This document shows, piece by piece, positions 10,175 to 19,606 of a DNA stretch of 64,000 nt. This stretch comes from Hyphomicrobium sp. Lineage in GTDB: Bacteria; Pseudomonadota; Alphaproteobacteria; Rhizobiales; Hyphomicrobiaceae. Location: NCBI RefSeq assembly GCF_036833075.1, contig NZ_DAITQL010000013.1, forward strand, positions 4,883-68,882, in the 5' to 3' direction. Within the stretch, counting starts at the first letter, position 1; the number at the start of each line of letters is the position of its first letter. A program made the translations under genes and the position numbers. The notes under the pieces were generated by a model that saw nothing but the letters and a program-made list of their open reading frames with translations, had not been told where the DNA came from and did not search any database.

Positions 10175-12610
10175 CTAGAACCTGACCTTCACGCCGCCGT
10201 AGGCTGCGAACGGCTGGGCCGGCGAGATGGTGCGCGGATTTTCAAAGCCAGTTCCGCCAGGCCTCAGATCAGGCGCGTCATCAGCTTCGAAGTACGTGCC
10301 ATAGAGACCGTATTTCTGGTCGAAAAGATTCTTGATAAGGCCATAGACCTGGATATTGTCGGTGATGTCATACGACGTGTGAAGATCGACGCGCGTATAC
10401 CCCCCGAGCATGGATGAAATGCCGTCCTCGTCCGCTTCTTCCTTTTCCTCGTTGGGGTACAGCGGCTGATTGCTGGCCGCCACGAGATCGGCGCCGACCT
10501 TCCATTTGTGTGTCAGCCAGTAGTCGAAGCCGGCCTTGAAGATGTGACGCGGAATGCCGGGCAGGCGGTCTCCGGATTCGAGGAAGGCACAATCGCCCTC
10601 TTCGCCCGGATTGGTGCACTTATCGAGCGTGGCATCGACGAAGGCGTAGTTGGCATAAACATTCCACGTGCGCGTCTCGTAGGTCGCCGTCAGCTCGACA
10701 CCCTGCCGCAGCGTATCGCCGGCGTTCACGAAGTAGATGCGTCCGGTGTCATTGATGATGGGAAGGATGTCATCTTCCGACATCGTACGGAACAGGCCGG
10801 CACCCCAGGTATAGCGCCCGCCGTTGTAGAACCCTTGCCCCCTGAGACCGATCTCGCCCGTCCGCCCGACCACCTGATCCAGCGGCGGATCGTCGGTGAG
10901 GAAGCTCTCGATGAGGCACGGAACCTCGGGCTCGGCGCAGCCGAGCTCAGCCGGCGTCGGCGCACGGTTCGACTCCGAGTAGCCGCCATAGACCGACAAA
11001 CCGGGGAGCAGCTTGTAATTGGCGCCCGCCATCGGGTTGAAGCGATCGTACTTGTTGGTTGCGTTGAGCTCGTCGAATTCGCCCGTATTGTCTTCCATCT
11101 TGATGGTGGCGTGATTGTAGCGACCACCGACCGTTACGGTGAGCTGATCCGTAACCTCCATGGCATTCGAGAAGTAGACGCCCCAATAGGTATTCTCGGT
11201 ATCGAGATCACGCGGTGCCAGCTCGTCGGGCCCGGTGACGATGATTCCCGCGCCTTCGGCAACGTAGCCTGGCCTGATGGTGGCGAGCTCGCTCGACGTA
11301 CGGTAATTGGACGTGCCGTGGTCGTAGGACACGCCCGCGATGAACAGGTTCGGTCGCCCGAACAGCGGCGTCTTCTCTTGTCCTTCCAAAACGCCGCCCC
11401 AGCTATCGCTTTTCGTGCGGAGGCGGTCGACTGAGCCCAAAGGATCGAGGTCATCGTCGGCAAGGATCGGCCCGCCGGGGCCGGTGACGATCTCCTCGAC
11501 TTCGTTTCCGTCCTCGTCCTCTTCAATCAGACATAGATAAGGGCTGCCGGAGCACTCCTCGATCTCCGTCACGTTGCCGTCGATCACGCTGTTCTTGTAA
11601 TGACGGTAATAGCCCACGCCCGAGAACGTCAGCGTATCGGTGGCTTTGATCTTCGCCGACAACGTCGGCATGATCATTTCGGGAGTCGACTCCTGCGGAG
11701 TCGTGAACGTATTGCTCCAGCTCTCTTCAAGCAATTCGACGGGCGCAGCCGCAGACGCTCCGATTTCGTTCTTCGCCGCCGACAGGCTGAAGTGAACCTC
11801 CGCGAACGTGCCCTTGAAACCGAGATCGCCGTAGAAGCGCTTGATCTCGCTGTCCGAGTGATGGCGGAAGCTGTCGTCCCAGATCCCCTCGGCCGCCACA
11901 TAGGCGCTGGCATTGCCGCTCGTTCCGCCCGCCTGCACGCCGACCTGGCGCCGGCCGAACGAGCCGGCCATGACGTCGATCTCGCCGCCCTGGTAGCTGA
12001 AGCCGTCCTTCATCTGGATGCTGATCGCGCCCCCGAGCGCGTTCAAGCCGAACGACGGGTTGTTGCTGACCACCGACATGGAGTCGATCGCGTTGCTTGG
12101 CAGGAAGTCCCATTGCACGACGTCGCCGAAGGCTTCGTTGATGCGCACACCGTTCTGATAGACGGCCAGACCTTGCGCGCGCCCGCTGACCGACGAGACC
12201 GTGAAGCCGCGGAAATTCACTTCCGAACGGATCGGGTTGCCGGCGGCGTCGGAGATGATGATGCCCGGCACCCTCTGCTGAAGGACCTCCTGGACCTGCC
12301 CCGTGCCCTCGCGCGCGATATCCGCGTCCGTGATGTTCGTCACCGCGCTCGGAACCGTGATCGGCGCGGGCAACCCGCCGCCGGCCGCACCTTGCGCTCC
12401 ACCGGCGCCAAGTCCTTCCGATGCAACGGTCGCCGGTGCAGTGGCGAGCGGCGTCACCGCGGGTGCTTGCTTTCGGGCGCGCGCCGCGTTCTGAGCCGGT
12501 GTTCCCTGCACGACGTCGACCGCCGGAAGATCGGCAGCCTCCTGAGCGCCGGCCATCTGCGGTCCCACGACAAGCGCCCCTGCAAAGATGGCCACTCTTT
12601 TGAATTTCAT
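10175..12610 (-). CDS. TonB-dependent outer-membrane receptor with acidic loops
   Basis: Signal peptide from MKFKRVAIF; plug motif FRGF...QGLAVYQNGVRINEAFGD; NLFDQKY; C-terminal VRF. Confidence 0.93.
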   Translation of the reverse strand: MKFKRVAIFAGALVVGPQMAGAQEAADLPAVDVVQGTPAQNAARARKQAPAVTPLATAPATVASEGLGAGGAQGAAGGGLPAPITVPSAVTNITDADIAREGTGQVQEVLQQRVPGIIISDAAGNPIRSEVNFRGFTVSSVSGRAQGLAVYQNGVRINEAFGDVVQWDFLPSNAIDSMSVVSNNPSFGLNALGGAISIQMKDGFSYQGGEIDVMAGSFGRRQVGVQAGGTSGNASAYVAAEGIWDDSFRHHSDSEIKRFYGDLGFKGTFAEVHFSLSAAKNEIGASAAAPVELLEESWSNTFTTPQESTPEMIMPTLSAKIKATDTLTFSGVGYYRHYKNSVIDGNVTEIEECSGSPYLCLIEEDEDGNEVEEIVTGPGGPILADDDLDPLGSVDRLRTKSDSWGGVLEGQEKTPLFGRPNLFIAGVSYDHGTSNYRTSSELATIRPGYVAEGAGIIVTGPDELAPRDLDTENTYWGVYFSNAMEVTDQLTVTVGGRYNHATIKMEDNTGEFDELNATNKYDRFNPMAGANYKLLPGLSVYGGYSESNRAPTPAELGCAEPEVPCLIESFLTDDPPLDQVVGRTGEIGLRGQGFYNGGRYTWGAGLFRTMSEDDILPIINDTGRIYFVNAGDTLRQGVELTATYETRTWNVYANYAFVDATLDKCTNPGEEGDCAFLESGDRLPGIPRHIFKAGFDYWLTHKWKVGADLVAASNQPLYPNEEKEEADEDGISSMLGGYTRVDLHTSYDITDNIQVYGLIKNLFDQKYGLYGTYFEADDAPDLRPGGTGFENPRTISPAQPFAAYGGVKVRF

Positions 12611-12791
12611 TCCCTGCCTCCCCGTCAGTAAGTGCGCGACGCCATTGACGCGTACCCGCTGTCTCCCCCGTGATGTCCCGTCCGGGCCATTACTGTGGGC
12701 GACGATGAGGGCGCGCCACAAAAGGGTCAACATTGGAACGGCGCACACGCCCTATGTTGGCGCGATTTCCCGGGTTATGTGACGAATGCGC

Positions 12792-12810
12792 ATCGGGAAT
12801 ATTTCCCGAT
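12792..12810. promoter_or_regulatory. Candidate transcription-factor operator ATCGGGAA-TAT-TTCCCGAT
   Basis: Perfect 8-3-8 inverted repeat in the divergent promoter region, with extra CGGGA/TCCCG half-sites nearby. Confidence 0.5.
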
Positions 12811-13290
12811 TTCTACGTGAAACGATCCTTAACGGGAAAAAGGACTGATTTTCGGGAGTTGTTCCTTGTGTTGCTGGGGCATTTCGGCACCTATACCTAG
12901 GTGTATTTGGAGGCAATCGAGCATGGAGACCTGCGCGCATCCGATGGCCTCCCGAATCGCGGCAGTCGTGAACGTCCGAAGAGCGGCCCTTTGATCATTC
13001 GGCGCGGGAAGCTCTGGAAAAAATCCATGCAACGTCACCCGCGTGATCGGTTGATTCCAGGCTCGATTTCGCGATATTGACCTATGCAGGCGGTGCCCGA
13101 ACGAACGAACATGCGTCCGTTACGCCAAGCGGAGCGAGCCCTGGAGATGACTTCCAGGGCCGCAAGTGAGGAAGGGACGGCGGGCTCATGTCAGGTTATA
13201 ATAAAACGTTAAATCGGTGAGCCGCCGCGAAGCCGTCGCCGACGGCGCGCATCCGGCCAGCCCGCGAATCCAAAGTTTAGGAGGAAGCTC

Positions 13291-13728
13291 TTGAGCCGCC
13301 ACATCTGCGCCAGAGGCAAAGCCCTCGGCATTGCCGCCGCATGTCTGTCCATCGGTGCTTTGCCGGCGCTCGCCGAGCCCAAGGCCCTGACCGTGGAGCT
13401 GAACAAGCTCGAGCCGCAGGGGGCCGGCTGCCGCGCCTACATGGTCGTCCAGAACGACGACTCGACGGCCTACGCCACGCTCAAGCTCGATCTGGTCCTG
13501 TTTCAGCAGGATGGCGTCATCGGCCGGCGCTTCGCCATGGATCTGGCACCGCTGAAAGCCCAGAAGCGCACCGTGAAGCTCTTCGATCTCGACAATATCT
13601 CGTGCGACAAGATCGGCAGCTTCCTGATCAACGATGTCGTCGAATGCAAGTCGGACGCCGGCCCGGTCGAGAATTGTCTGGCCGGAATAACAGTCAAATC
13701 GCTCACGGGCGTGCAGCTCATGAAGTAG
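13291..13728 (+). CDS. Conserved periplasmic protein with four Cys in the mature part (family often labelled 'Tat pathway signal protein'), first gene of the exbBD-tonB operon
   Basis: AGGAGG RBS plus TTG start; VELNKLE...CR...KLDLVLF...KRTVKLFD...C...LINDV. Confidence 0.8.
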   Translation: MSRHICARGKALGIAAACLSIGALPALAEPKALTVELNKLEPQGAGCRAYMVVQNDDSTAYATLKLDLVLFQQDGVIGRRFAMDLAPLKAQKRTVKLFDLDNISCDKIGSFLINDVVECKSDAGPVENCLAGITVKSLTGVQLMK

Positions 13729-13753
13729 TGGGAAGTAGTAAAGGGTATCCGCC

Positions 13754-14464
13754 GTGGAGCAGATGACGTCCGCAGCCGCTCACGATTTCTCATTCTACAG
13801 CCTCGTTCTGCAAGCTGACCCGGTCGTGAAGGCCGTCATGCTGCTGCTGGTGCTGGCCTCCGTCGCCTGTTGGGCGATCATCCTGGAAAAGACCATTCGC
13901 CTCTGGAGGTTGGGCCGTGACCTGAAGCGTCTCGAGCGCACGGTCAGCGACACGCCGACGACCGCCGCCCCGCGCGGCCTGGTCCGCACGCTTCTCGCAT
14001 CCGCCCATCACGAGGCGGAGGACGGCGGACGGAACGAGTCCCGCGCCGAGCTGCGCGCCCGCCTCGAACGGGCCATGCGCTCTTCCCTCAAGGGTGAGTT
14101 GCAGAGGCTCGAGGTCGGCCTGCCGTTCCTGGCGACCGTCGGCTCGGCGGCGCCCTTCGTCGGACTGTTCGGCACGGTCTGGGGCATCATGAACAGCTTC
14201 ACCTCCATCGCGCAGCAGAAGGACACCTCCCTTGCGGTCGTCGCGCCCGGCATCGCCGAGGCCCTGTTCGCGACCGCCCTTGGCCTCGCCGCGGCGATTC
14301 CCGCAGTCATGGCCTACAACATGATCTCGGTCTCCCTCGGACGCGGCTCGAACCGCGCCGGCACGACGATCATCGAGCTGGCCAAGCGTCTCTCGCGCCC
14401 CCAGTCTGAAGGGTTCTTGCGGCCGGGCGGAGCCGAGCCGCTGCGGGCAGGAAAGGCGTCCTGA
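13754..14464 (+). CDS. exbB: ExbB/TolQ proton channel
   Basis: [31 protein letters not shown]. Confidence 0.93.
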   Translation: MEQMTSAAAHDFSFYSLVLQADPVVKAVMLLLVLASVACWAIILEKTIRLWRLGRDLKRLERTVSDTPTTAAPRGLVRTLLASAHHEAEDGGRNESRAELRARLERAMRSSLKGELQRLEVGLPFLATVGSAAPFVGLFGTVWGIMNSFTSIAQQKDTSLAVVAPGIAEALFATALGLAAAIPAVMAYNMISVSLGRGSNRAGTTIIELAKRLSRPQSEGFLRPGGAEPLRAGKAS

Positions 14465-14910
14465 TGGCGATGGCGGTCGGCAACGGCGCACCGCAAGGCG
14501 ACGAGGACGACGGCGGCTATCGGCCGATGGCCGAAATCAACATCACGCCGATGGTGGATGTGATGCTCGTGCTGCTCATCATCTTCATGGTCGCCGCGCC
14601 CCTGATGGTGGCGGGGGTGCCGCTCGAGCTTCCGAACACGTCCGCCGCCCGCGTCAGCCAGTCGAAGAAGGCGATGGTCGTGTCTCTTGCCGGCGACGGC
14701 GCGCTCTACATCCGCGAGGAGCAGGTATCCTCGGACGGCCTCGTGCCGCGGCTGCGTGAGCTGCGCGCCGCGGAGGGCGACACGGTTGTCTATGTGCGCG
14801 CCGACAAGAAGAGCAGCTACGGCGACGTCATGGACGTTCTGGGCCGCGTCGGCGAAAGCGGATACGGCCGCGTCTCGCTGCTGTCGCAGCCGAAGCCCAA
14901 GCCGCAGTGA
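14464..14910 (+). CDS. exbD: ExbD/TolR
   Basis: [25 protein letters not shown]. Confidence 0.93.
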   Translation: MAMAVGNGAPQGDEDDGGYRPMAEINITPMVDVMLVLLIIFMVAAPLMVAGVPLELPNTSAARVSQSKKAMVVSLAGDGALYIREEQVSSDGLVPRLRELRAAEGDTVVYVRADKKSSYGDVMDVLGRVGESGYGRVSLLSQPKPKPQ

Positions 14911-14912
14911 GC

Positions 14913-14988
14913 CTGGTGTGATGATCGCGAAATTCGCCCTATCAAGCGGCCTGCTCCCGAGCGAATTTCTCGATCTGAATCACACGAG
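14913..14988. repeat. Degenerate CTAG-bounded palindromic element, copy 1
   Basis: GTGTGATGATCGCGAAATTCGC...GCGAATTTCTCGATCTGAATCACAC inverted arms. Confidence 0.6.
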
Positions 14989-15001
14989 CAAGTCCATGAG
15001 T

Positions 15002-15079
15002 CTAGCGTCCCTTATGAGTCCGAAGTTCGCTATGGGACCTAGCCGCAAACTCAATCGAACTTCAGAATCGGGACACTAG
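15002..15079. repeat. CTAG-bounded palindromic (MITE-like) element, copy 2
   Basis: CTAGCGTCCC...TCCGAAGTTCG / CGAACTTCAGAATCGGGACACTAG inverted arms. Confidence 0.65.
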
Positions 15080-15096
15080 GGAGTCCGTCGCGTAAC

Positions 15097-15777
15097 ATGC
15101 CGCTTCGTACTGCCGCCTGGCTGACCTCGTTCGCGCTGCACCTCGGCGTCGTAGCGTTCTTTCTGGTCACGCCCGGCGGGGCGTCGCTCGAGGAAGGATC
15201 CGGCGAGGATGCCTTCATCGTCGAGCAGGGAGCCTACCAGGAGTACATCGCAGCCGTGGAGGCCCCGCCCCCGGCCCTCGCCTCCGCGCCTCCCGTCCAG
15301 GAGGTGAAACCCATCGAGGAGGACGCTCAAGCCGTCATCTCGTCCGAGCACGGCCCCGACCAGGAGAAAGTGGTCGAGGAAATCGAGGAGGTCGTCAAGG
15401 AGCCGCCGAAGGAGCAGGTGGCCGCCGTGCAGCAGACCGAGCTCGCCGTCGAAGAGCAGAAGGCGAAGGAAATTATCGCGAGGACGGGCGGCGACACGAC
15501 GGCCATTTCCGCCTATCGCGGCAAGCTCTTCTCGCACATCTCGAAGAAGAAGGTGAACCCGCGCTCGAAGTTCGCCGGCACCGCGGTGGTCCGTTTCACG
15601 ATCGGGCCGCAAGGCGAGCTGATCTCGCGCGAGATCAGCTCGAGCTCAGGCTCGAAGGTGCTCGACGACGCGGCCGTGGCCTCCATCGACCGCGCCGCGC
15701 CGTTCCCGGCCATGCCGGCCGACGTCGGAGACGAGCCGATGATCGTCTCCGTCCCGTTCAAGTTCTCGGTCCGCTGA
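15097..15777 (+). CDS. tonB: TonB family energy transducer
   Basis: N-terminal TM SFALH, Glu/Pro-rich linker, C-terminal VRFTI...SSGSKVLDDAA. Confidence 0.88.
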   Translation: MPLRTAAWLTSFALHLGVVAFFLVTPGGASLEEGSGEDAFIVEQGAYQEYIAAVEAPPPALASAPPVQEVKPIEEDAQAVISSEHGPDQEKVVEEIEEVVKEPPKEQVAAVQQTELAVEEQKAKEIIARTGGDTTAISAYRGKLFSHISKKKVNPRSKFAGTAVVRFTIGPQGELISREISSSSGSKVLDDAAVASIDRAAPFPAMPADVGDEPMIVSVPFKFSVR

Positions 15778-15817
15778 CGCGCCGCCACCCCGACGGGGCG
15801 TCACGGCGGCGGACGCC

Positions 15818-18800
15818 TCACGACATCGCGATCTCCTGCTCGCGCAGCGCACGCTCGATCGCCAGGTTGAGGTCGTTGATCACCGTCGAGCGGTGTGCGA
15901 GTTGCAGCACGAACGCCCGCACCTCGAACTCGACCGCGGACGCGCCGAAGCCGATGAAGAACACGCTCGGGGCCGGCGTATCGAGCACCTGCGGCGTCTC
16001 CTTGACCGCCTCCAGAATGGCCAGCTGCGCGCGCAGCGCGTCGGTGCCGTAGCGCACGGCGACCTTGAGGGTGACGCGCGTGATGCTGTCCGTCAGCGTC
16101 CAGTTGATGACCTTTTCCGTGATCAGAGACTTGTTTGGGATGATGATCTCGCGGTTCTCGCCGTCCGTCATGCTGGTGGCGCGGATGTGGATGCGCGACA
16201 CGGTGCCCGTGAGGTTGCCGATCGTCACGGTGTCTCCCACACGCACCGGCCGTTCGAAAAGGATGATGAGGCCGGAGATGAAGTTGGCGACGATCTCCTG
16301 CAGGCCGAAGCCGACGCCGACGCCGAGCGCCGCGACGATCCACTGCACCTGCCCCCAGTCGAAGCCGATGCTGCGGAACGCGAAGATGATGCCGACGATC
16401 GCGATCAGGTAGCGGCTGACGGCGCTCACCGCATAACGCGTGCCGGCTTCGATGCGCAGCCGGTGCAGCGCCGTGATCTCGAGCAGCCCCGGCAGATTGC
16501 GCGCGGCAATGAACGTGATGACGGCGATCGCGGCGGCGACGAGCACGTTCGAGACCGCGACCGGCACGCTGCGCGTCGCCCCGTCCACCGTCACCGACTG
16601 CTGCCACAACGGAACGTCGAGCAGCGCGAGCGACGGCAGCGCCTCGCGCCAGAAGAAGTAGAGGGCAGCACCCAGCACCAGGAAGACGGCGAGCCGCACG
16701 AGCTTGCGCGTCTGCTCGCTGATGGAGGCGATGTCGACCTCGGGCTCCTCGATCGCGACCGGAGCGGCCCCGTCGATGTGAGCTTCCGCCTGCGCGGCGG
16801 CCTGCTGACGCGCCTTCTCGCGGCGTTCCTTGGCGCGCCGGATCTCGAGCCGCCGGCGCGCGACCAGGACCTGACGCATGATGACGTTGTAGGCGAGGAA
16901 CGCGCCGATCACGATGACGACCGACAGCGTCAGCCCGGACTGGATCTGCGAGGCACCGTCGTAGTACCCCCAAAGGGCGAGACCCGCGATCGCGAGCGGG
17001 ACCGCCGAAAGCAGCGGATACCAGACGAACCGCGTGCCCCACAGGAGCTGGCCGGGGACCAGGCGGTCCGAGAAAACGCCGCGGCGCGGAGCCAGGACGC
17101 GCGCGAGGAACAGCGAAGCCAGGATCCCGCCCGCGAGGAAGGCGAACCGTCCGAGTCCGTCGCGGAGGTTCTGCGAGCTGCTGGCGTTGATCATGCCAAG
17201 CAGGAACGCCACCGGAACGATCGCGTACTTGAACCAGACGACGTTACGCAGCAGCGTCTGGCGCGCCCGCTCGAGCCACCCGAAATGGGCCGAGAGGAGC
17301 CCGTGCTCGACGGACGCACACTGAACGAAGCGCAGAAACGCGACGATCGACGCGACGGCCAGCAGCCCCATTCCGACGCCGGTCGTGAACTCCGACGCCT
17401 GCGGAAGCTGCACGAGGAGCCAGCCAGCATATCCGAACAGGATCGGCGAGCGGATGGCGAGCAGCGTCGAAATGACCAGCGCCTCCGGCGTACGCCAGGA
17501 ATTGTCGGTCGAATAGCGGCCGATGGCCTCGGCGATCCTCGCGAGACGCGCGAAGAGGCGGCGCGACAGCAGCATAAGCGCGGCAAAGACGACGAGGACG
17601 AGGCCGCTGAGAAGCGGCCGGTCGATCGCACGGTCCCAAAGCGTCCTTGCAGCCGCCGCCCAGGCCCCGGGATCTGCGATCCAGCCGAAGCTTGCCCTGA
17701 CCTGGTTGAGCCAGCCCGCGCCAACCGGATCCGACGTCGGAAGCCACAGCAGGCGGCTGTTGAGCAGCCCCCGGAGCTGGGTCGTCTGGTTGAGGAGATC
17801 GCGTTCGGCGGCATTGAGCTCCGCAAGCTGCGAGATACGTGCCACGAGCGCATCGTGGAGCTGCGCGTAGAGCTCGCGTCGCTGGACAACGAGCTTTTCG
17901 AGCGCGGCGCGAACCTCCGGCGTCGCCGCCGGCATCGGCATCTCGCCCTTGGCCGCACTGGCGAGCAGCCGCTCCGCCATGCCGCCGGCATCCGACAGCG
18001 CGCGGCGCGCCTCTTCCACCTGCAGCCGCCGCAATCGCGCATCGACGATCGCCTGATCGCGATCCCAGATGCTGCGATTGAGCTGCGACGTTACGGGGAG
18101 CTGGGCCCGCATGGCGCGCAACAGCTCGCTGAACTCGCTTCCGATGCTGCCGATCTCGATGACCTGCTGCGCTGCGACCTTGCTGTCGCGCACGCGGACG
18201 ATATCGGCCTGGATATCGGCAAGCTTCGATTTCCCGGCATCGACCTGCTTCGTTGCCTCGGCGCCGCGTTGCCGAAGCACCTCCGTGTCCTTGACGTAGG
18301 CTTCGAGCACCGGGTGTTGCGCGGAGAGCTTGCGCGCCTCCCGCTCGGTCTCGGCCTGTTTCTTCGCCGCCTCCGCATCCTTGAGCGTGTTGAGGTGTGC
18401 TTCGATGATCGGGATGCGCTTTGTGAGCCTGTCGAGCCTGGCCGCGGCGAGGTCGCGCCGCGCCGTCGCGGAGGCCTGCCGTGCCGGGAGGCTGATCAGC
18501 TCCTGCTCGAGCATGTTGAGCTTGGCCGTGCGGGCGCGCCGCTCCGCGGAGACGGCAGCCCGGCGCGCTTCGACAAGCACCGGATCCTGGTCGGCGGCCG
18601 GAGCCGCATCGGGGCTTTCCAGCGCATCGAGGGCCTGTTTCTCGCCCGACTGCTCCTCGCGCGCGCCGGTGGCCCGCGTGCTCATGTCCCTGAGACGCGT
18701 TTCGAGCTGGCCGAGATCCGTCTTGATGGTGGCGGCTTCGCTATTGGCCGCGTCAAGCGCCTGCTGCGCCTCGATGAGCGGAAGCTGCGCGATGCGCTTG

Positions 18801-19441
18801 GCGAACTCGTCGTTGGTGGGCTCCGTCTGCAGGGCTTCGAGCTGCTGCTTCGCCTCCGCGACGCGCTCCGCCGATCGCTGGCTCGCCTCCTGGAAGCGCG
18901 TGGCCGCCGCGGCGCTCGCGGCCGCGGCTTCGAGCTGACCCAGCGCCGTGCGCAACAGCGTCAGCGCCTCGTCCCGTATGGCAGGCGCCACGTCCGTGCG
19001 GGCTTCGAGCTCGCGCATGCGTGCCTTGGCACGCTCGAGCGTGCGTTCCGAGGAGGTCTGCGCCTCGGCGGCTCCCTCCTCCGCTGCCGCGGCCGGGGCC
19101 TGCTCGGACGTCTGAGGTGCAGCGGGAGCTGCCCCCGGCGCCGGCGCGGGCTGGCTCGCGGCGGCGGGTGGCGCAACCTTCGGCGACGGCTGTGCCTGGG
19201 ACGGCTGCGTCGGGGTAGCAGTCGCAGGCGCCGATCCGGGTGCAGGAGCAGGGGCGGTTGCCGGCGCGGGCTGGTGCGCGCCAGCAGGTGGCGCGACCTT
19301 CAGCGACGGCTGCGCCTGGGCCGCAGGCGCCGTCTGAGGTGCCGGCGCGACCGGCGCCTGTGCCTGCGTCGAAACCGGCAGCGCCAGAGCCGCGACAAGG
19401 ATCGCGCCGCGGACGAAGCTCAAGCGGGAGAATGTGATCAT
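15818..19441 (-). CDS. MscK/KefA-like large mechanosensitive channel
   Basis: Signal peptide, periplasmic coiled coils, multiple TMs, ALGVGVGFGLQEIVANFISGLIILFERPVRVGD. Confidence 0.92.
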   Translation of the reverse strand: MITFSRLSFVRGAILVAALALPVSTQAQAPVAPAPQTAPAAQAQPSLKVAPPAGAHQPAPATAPAPAPGSAPATATPTQPSQAQPSPKVAPPAAASQPAPAPGAAPAAPQTSEQAPAAAAEEGAAEAQTSSERTLERAKARMRELEARTDVAPAIRDEALTLLRTALGQLEAAAASAAAATRFQEASQRSAERVAEAKQQLEALQTEPTNDEFAKRIAQLPLIEAQQALDAANSEAATIKTDLGQLETRLRDMSTRATGAREEQSGEKQALDALESPDAAPAADQDPVLVEARRAAVSAERRARTAKLNMLEQELISLPARQASATARRDLAAARLDRLTKRIPIIEAHLNTLKDAEAAKKQAETEREARKLSAQHPVLEAYVKDTEVLRQRGAEATKQVDAGKSKLADIQADIVRVRDSKVAAQQVIEIGSIGSEFSELLRAMRAQLPVTSQLNRSIWDRDQAIVDARLRRLQVEEARRALSDAGGMAERLLASAAKGEMPMPAATPEVRAALEKLVVQRRELYAQLHDALVARISQLAELNAAERDLLNQTTQLRGLLNSRLLWLPTSDPVGAGWLNQVRASFGWIADPGAWAAAARTLWDRAIDRPLLSGLVLVVFAALMLLSRRLFARLARIAEAIGRYSTDNSWRTPEALVISTLLAIRSPILFGYAGWLLVQLPQASEFTTGVGMGLLAVASIVAFLRFVQCASVEHGLLSAHFGWLERARQTLLRNVVWFKYAIVPVAFLLGMINASSSQNLRDGLGRFAFLAGGILASLFLARVLAPRRGVFSDRLVPGQLLWGTRFVWYPLLSAVPLAIAGLALWGYYDGASQIQSGLTLSVVIVIGAFLAYNVIMRQVLVARRRLEIRRAKERREKARQQAAAQAEAHIDGAAPVAIEEPEVDIASISEQTRKLVRLAVFLVLGAALYFFWREALPSLALLDVPLWQQSVTVDGATRSVPVAVSNVLVAAAIAVITFIAARNLPGLLEITALHRLRIEAGTRYAVSAVSRYLIAIVGIIFAFRSIGFDWGQVQWIVAALGVGVGFGLQEIVANFISGLIILFERPVRVGDTVTIGNLTGTVSRIHIRATSMTDGENREIIIPNKSLITEKVINWTLTDSITRVTLKVAVRYGTDALRAQLAILEAVKETPQVLDTPAPSVFFIGFGASAVEFEVRAFVLQLAHRSTVINDLNLAIERALREQEIAMS

Positions 19442-19514
19442 GGCCCGGACTGGCTGAGGGTTGCGTCGATCGACCTGAAAGCGCCGGACTGCATCCGCGC
19501 GCACGCAGAGAGGC

Positions 19515-19547
19515 TAGGTCATGAACTCATTATGAGGTCATGACCTA
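19515..19547. repeat. Near-perfect palindrome TAGGTCATGAACTCAT-T-ATGAGGTCATGACCTA
   Basis: 16-bp arms with one mismatch; intergenic. Confidence 0.7.
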
Positions 19548-19606
19548 CAGGTCCTCTTTCTGGCAATTGTGCGGCATGAGCCGGGAAAAGGCCGAAACGC
19601 GGCGCC

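Noticed and set aside
13754..15777. Annotation as the tolQRA cell-division operon
   Set aside because: No ybgC, tolB or pal is adjacent; the third protein has a TonB-type C-terminus and the operon is divergent from a TonB-dependent receptor.
15893..19543. 1216-aa plus-strand ORF antisense to the MscK-like gene, and similar long ORFs at 21799-23784, 48668-50845, 53272-55290 and 62553-63959
   Set aside because: Shadow ORFs expected from high-GC codon bias; no recognisable motifs, and each overlaps a clearly real gene on the opposite strand.
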